Of a stretch of 51,507 nucleotides of DNA, positions 50,067 to 51,507 are shown piece after piece. Source of the DNA: Succinivibrionaceae bacterium (GTDB lineage Bacteria; Pseudomonadota; Gammaproteobacteria; Enterobacterales; Succinivibrionaceae); the NCBI GenBank assembly GCA_024688225.1, contig JAILEI010000065.1, forward strand, positions 1-51,507. Direction: 5' to 3'. The notes under the pieces are model-generated. The model saw only the letters and a program-made list of their open reading frames with translations, searched no databases and was not told the origin of the DNA. The first letter of the stretch is position 1; each line of letters begins with the position of its first letter. The position numbers were made by a program, and so were the translations under genes.

Positions 50067-50815
50067 TGGAACCCCGGATCATTGAGCCGCGCCCGGGGGT
50101 GCGGCTGCTCGTCTCGGGTCGCCTCAGGCAGGATGCCCCCTACGAGCATTACCTGGACTTCCTCGATCCCGCGCGCGCCATGCGCCTTGATCCCGCCCAC
50201 ACCCTGGCCGGTGGCCGCGGCACCACGGTGCTGTGCCGGATCCATGGCCATGACCTGGCGCTGCGCCATTGCCGCCGCGGGGGGCTGTGGGGCCGGCTGA
50301 TGGGCGATCGGTACTGGCGCTGGGGAGCGGGGTCGCGGCGGGCCTTTGCCGAGTTTTCGCTGCTGCTTGATCTGCGGGGGCTGGGGTTGCCAGTCCCTGA
50401 GCCCTACCTCGCGCGGGAGGAGGCCAGCGGACCCTTCCTGCGCCAGGATCTGGTGGTGGGGCGCCTGGTGGGCGCGCGCGACCTTGCCCACCTGCTCGCC
50501 GAGCGGCCCCTTGCCCGCGGGGAGTGGGAACTCCTGGGGCGCACCCTGGGGCGTTTTTTTGCCTGCGGGGTGGTGCACACCGACCTCAACCTGCGCAATG
50601 TCCTGCTGCGTGGCGATGAGGCCTTTCTCATCGACTTTGACAAGTGCCGCCGCGAGCGGTCCCTGGGCGCGGCACAGGTGGAGGCCATGCTCTCCCGCCT
50701 CAGGCGCTCCTTCCTCAAGGAGCGGCGGCTCCGGCCCGGGCTGCACCTCGACCTTGAGGGCCTGGAACTGCTCATTGATGGTGCAAGGGCGCACCAAGGC
50801 GGTGCCGGGGCTTGA
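50066..50815 (+). CDS. kdkA: 3-deoxy-D-manno-octulosonic acid (Kdo) kinase KdkA
   Basis: GGRGTTVL, LRHCRRGGL, FAEFSLLLDLRGLGLPVPEP, HTDLNLRNVLL, IDFDKC. The ATG overlaps the upstream stop (TGATG). Confidence 0.85.
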   Translation: MEPRIIEPRPGVRLLVSGRLRQDAPYEHYLDFLDPARAMRLDPAHTLAGGRGTTVLCRIHGHDLALRHCRRGGLWGRLMGDRYWRWGAGSRRAFAEFSLLLDLRGLGLPVPEPYLAREEASGPFLRQDLVVGRLVGARDLAHLLAERPLARGEWELLGRTLGRFFACGVVHTDLNLRNVLLRGDEAFLIDFDKCRRERSLGAAQVEAMLSRLRRSFLKERRLRPGLHLDLEGLELLIDGARAHQGGAGA

Positions 50816-50831
50816 TGGGCCAAGGCGTCTC

Positions 50832-50840
50832 TGACATAAT
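50832..50840 (+). promoter_or_regulatory. Candidate extended -10 promoter (TGACATAAT) for the KefG-like gene
   Basis: A TGn + CATAAT element 46 nt upstream of ATG 50886. Confidence 0.3.
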
Positions 50841-50885
50841 CCCGCAGTATTTTCCCAAGTGCCGGCAAGCTAAGGATCGGATCCC

Positions 50886-51461
50886 ATGAAGACTGTGGTT
50901 TTTGTTGATCACCCCAGCTTTGACCTCTCGGCGGTCAACCGCCGCCTCGTTGAGGAGCTGCGCAAGTATCCCGATGAGTTCCTGGTGCACAACCTGCAAA
51001 GCTGCTACCCCCGCGGCAGCATTGACCGGGTGGCCGAGCACTCGCTCATTGACAACAACGGCACCCTGGTCCTCGAGTTCCCGCTGTACTGGTTCAGCAC
51101 CCCGCCGCTCATGAAGTCCTGGATGGACACGGTACTTGAGCAGGGCTGGGCCTATGGGCGGGCCCACCACCTCGAGGGGCACAAGGTGGCCCTGGCGGTG
51201 ACCTGCGGGGGCAGCGCCGCGGACTACAGCGCCTCAGGCGCCCACCAGCACCCCCTGGAGGACTTCCTGCTGCCCCTAATCCACTCCCTTGAGTACTGCA
51301 AGGCCGAGTATGTGGGGCTCTTTGCCTGCTATGGCGCCCTCTCCTCCCCTGAGCGCCCCCTGCCGGCGCCCGCCCTGGCGGAGTGGGCCGCATCCTACGT
51401 GGGGTTCCTGCGCGAGCGTCGCATGGACGCGCCTGCCGTGGGCGCGCCGGCCCGGCGCTAG
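50886..51461 (+). CDS. Flavodoxin-like-fold NAD(P)H oxidoreductase (KefG/KefF/MdaB-like)
   Basis: HPSFDLSAVNRRL..., HNLQSCYP, LVLEFPLYWFSTPPLMKSWMDTVLEQGWAYG parallels E. coli KefG ([21 protein letters not shown]). Confidence 0.8.
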   Translation: MKTVVFVDHPSFDLSAVNRRLVEELRKYPDEFLVHNLQSCYPRGSIDRVAEHSLIDNNGTLVLEFPLYWFSTPPLMKSWMDTVLEQGWAYGRAHHLEGHKVALAVTCGGSAADYSASGAHQHPLEDFLLPLIHSLEYCKAEYVGLFACYGALSSPERPLPAPALAEWAASYVGFLRERRMDAPAVGAPARR

Positions 51462-51507
51462 AGCAGCTCCCCGAGGGCGGACACGGTCCTGGCCACCCCC
51501 CCGCGCG
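51458..51507 (-). CDS. Possible 3' end of an unidentified convergent CDS (...ARGVARTVSALGELL*)
   Basis: In the frame ending at TAG (51460-51458), 15 of 15 third positions are G or C. The stop overlaps the KefG-like TAG within CTAG. Only 16 codons are visible. Confidence 0.35.
   Translation of the reverse strand, partial: RGGVARTVSALGELL

Overview
This is a densely packed core-genome segment from a high-GC Gammaproteobacterium (roughly two-thirds G+C by eye). I call 56 complete-3'-end CDS plus one edge fragment. I saw no rRNA, tRNA, CRISPR array, transposase, integrase, phage gene or recognisable defence gene. The content is conserved housekeeping blocks joined end to end: ftsY-rpoH; the rpoN locus (kdsC-lptCAB-rpoN-hpf-ptsN-rapZ) divergent from mlaFEDCB; darP; tldD; mreBCD-maf; ssb/uvrA; mpl; pmbA; nqrM-apbE; gpmI/yibN-secB-gpsA; nfuA; pckA; greB; hslRO-MFS-pdxJ-ribB; nudE; argF-argG-argH; dut-coaBC/rpmBG-mutM; and an LPS-core group (coaD, GT9, yejM-like, kdkA). 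I do not find a novel multi-gene system here. The strongest unexplained signal is at codon level: 39 of the 56 stop codons are TAG (14 TGA, 3 TAA), which is very atypical for bacteria and for GC-rich genomes in particular. Three convergent gene pairs share a 4-nt CTAG in which both stops overlap. Lesser observations:
- a long TolA-like AEEAAAKKA tandem repeat in FtsY
- rpoH abutting ftsY with no ftsEX, and an SD-containing palindrome in front of an alternative start
- an AT-rich island with twin TGTATACA palindromes upstream of an IdnD-like dehydrogenase
- recurrent TGn extended -10 promoters with no visible -35
- a GreB with a 43-aa acidic tail
- an SSB with a long repetitive linker
- a shared 13-14-nt intergenic motif
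All functional calls rest on remembered homology and motifs read from the translations. No searches were run.
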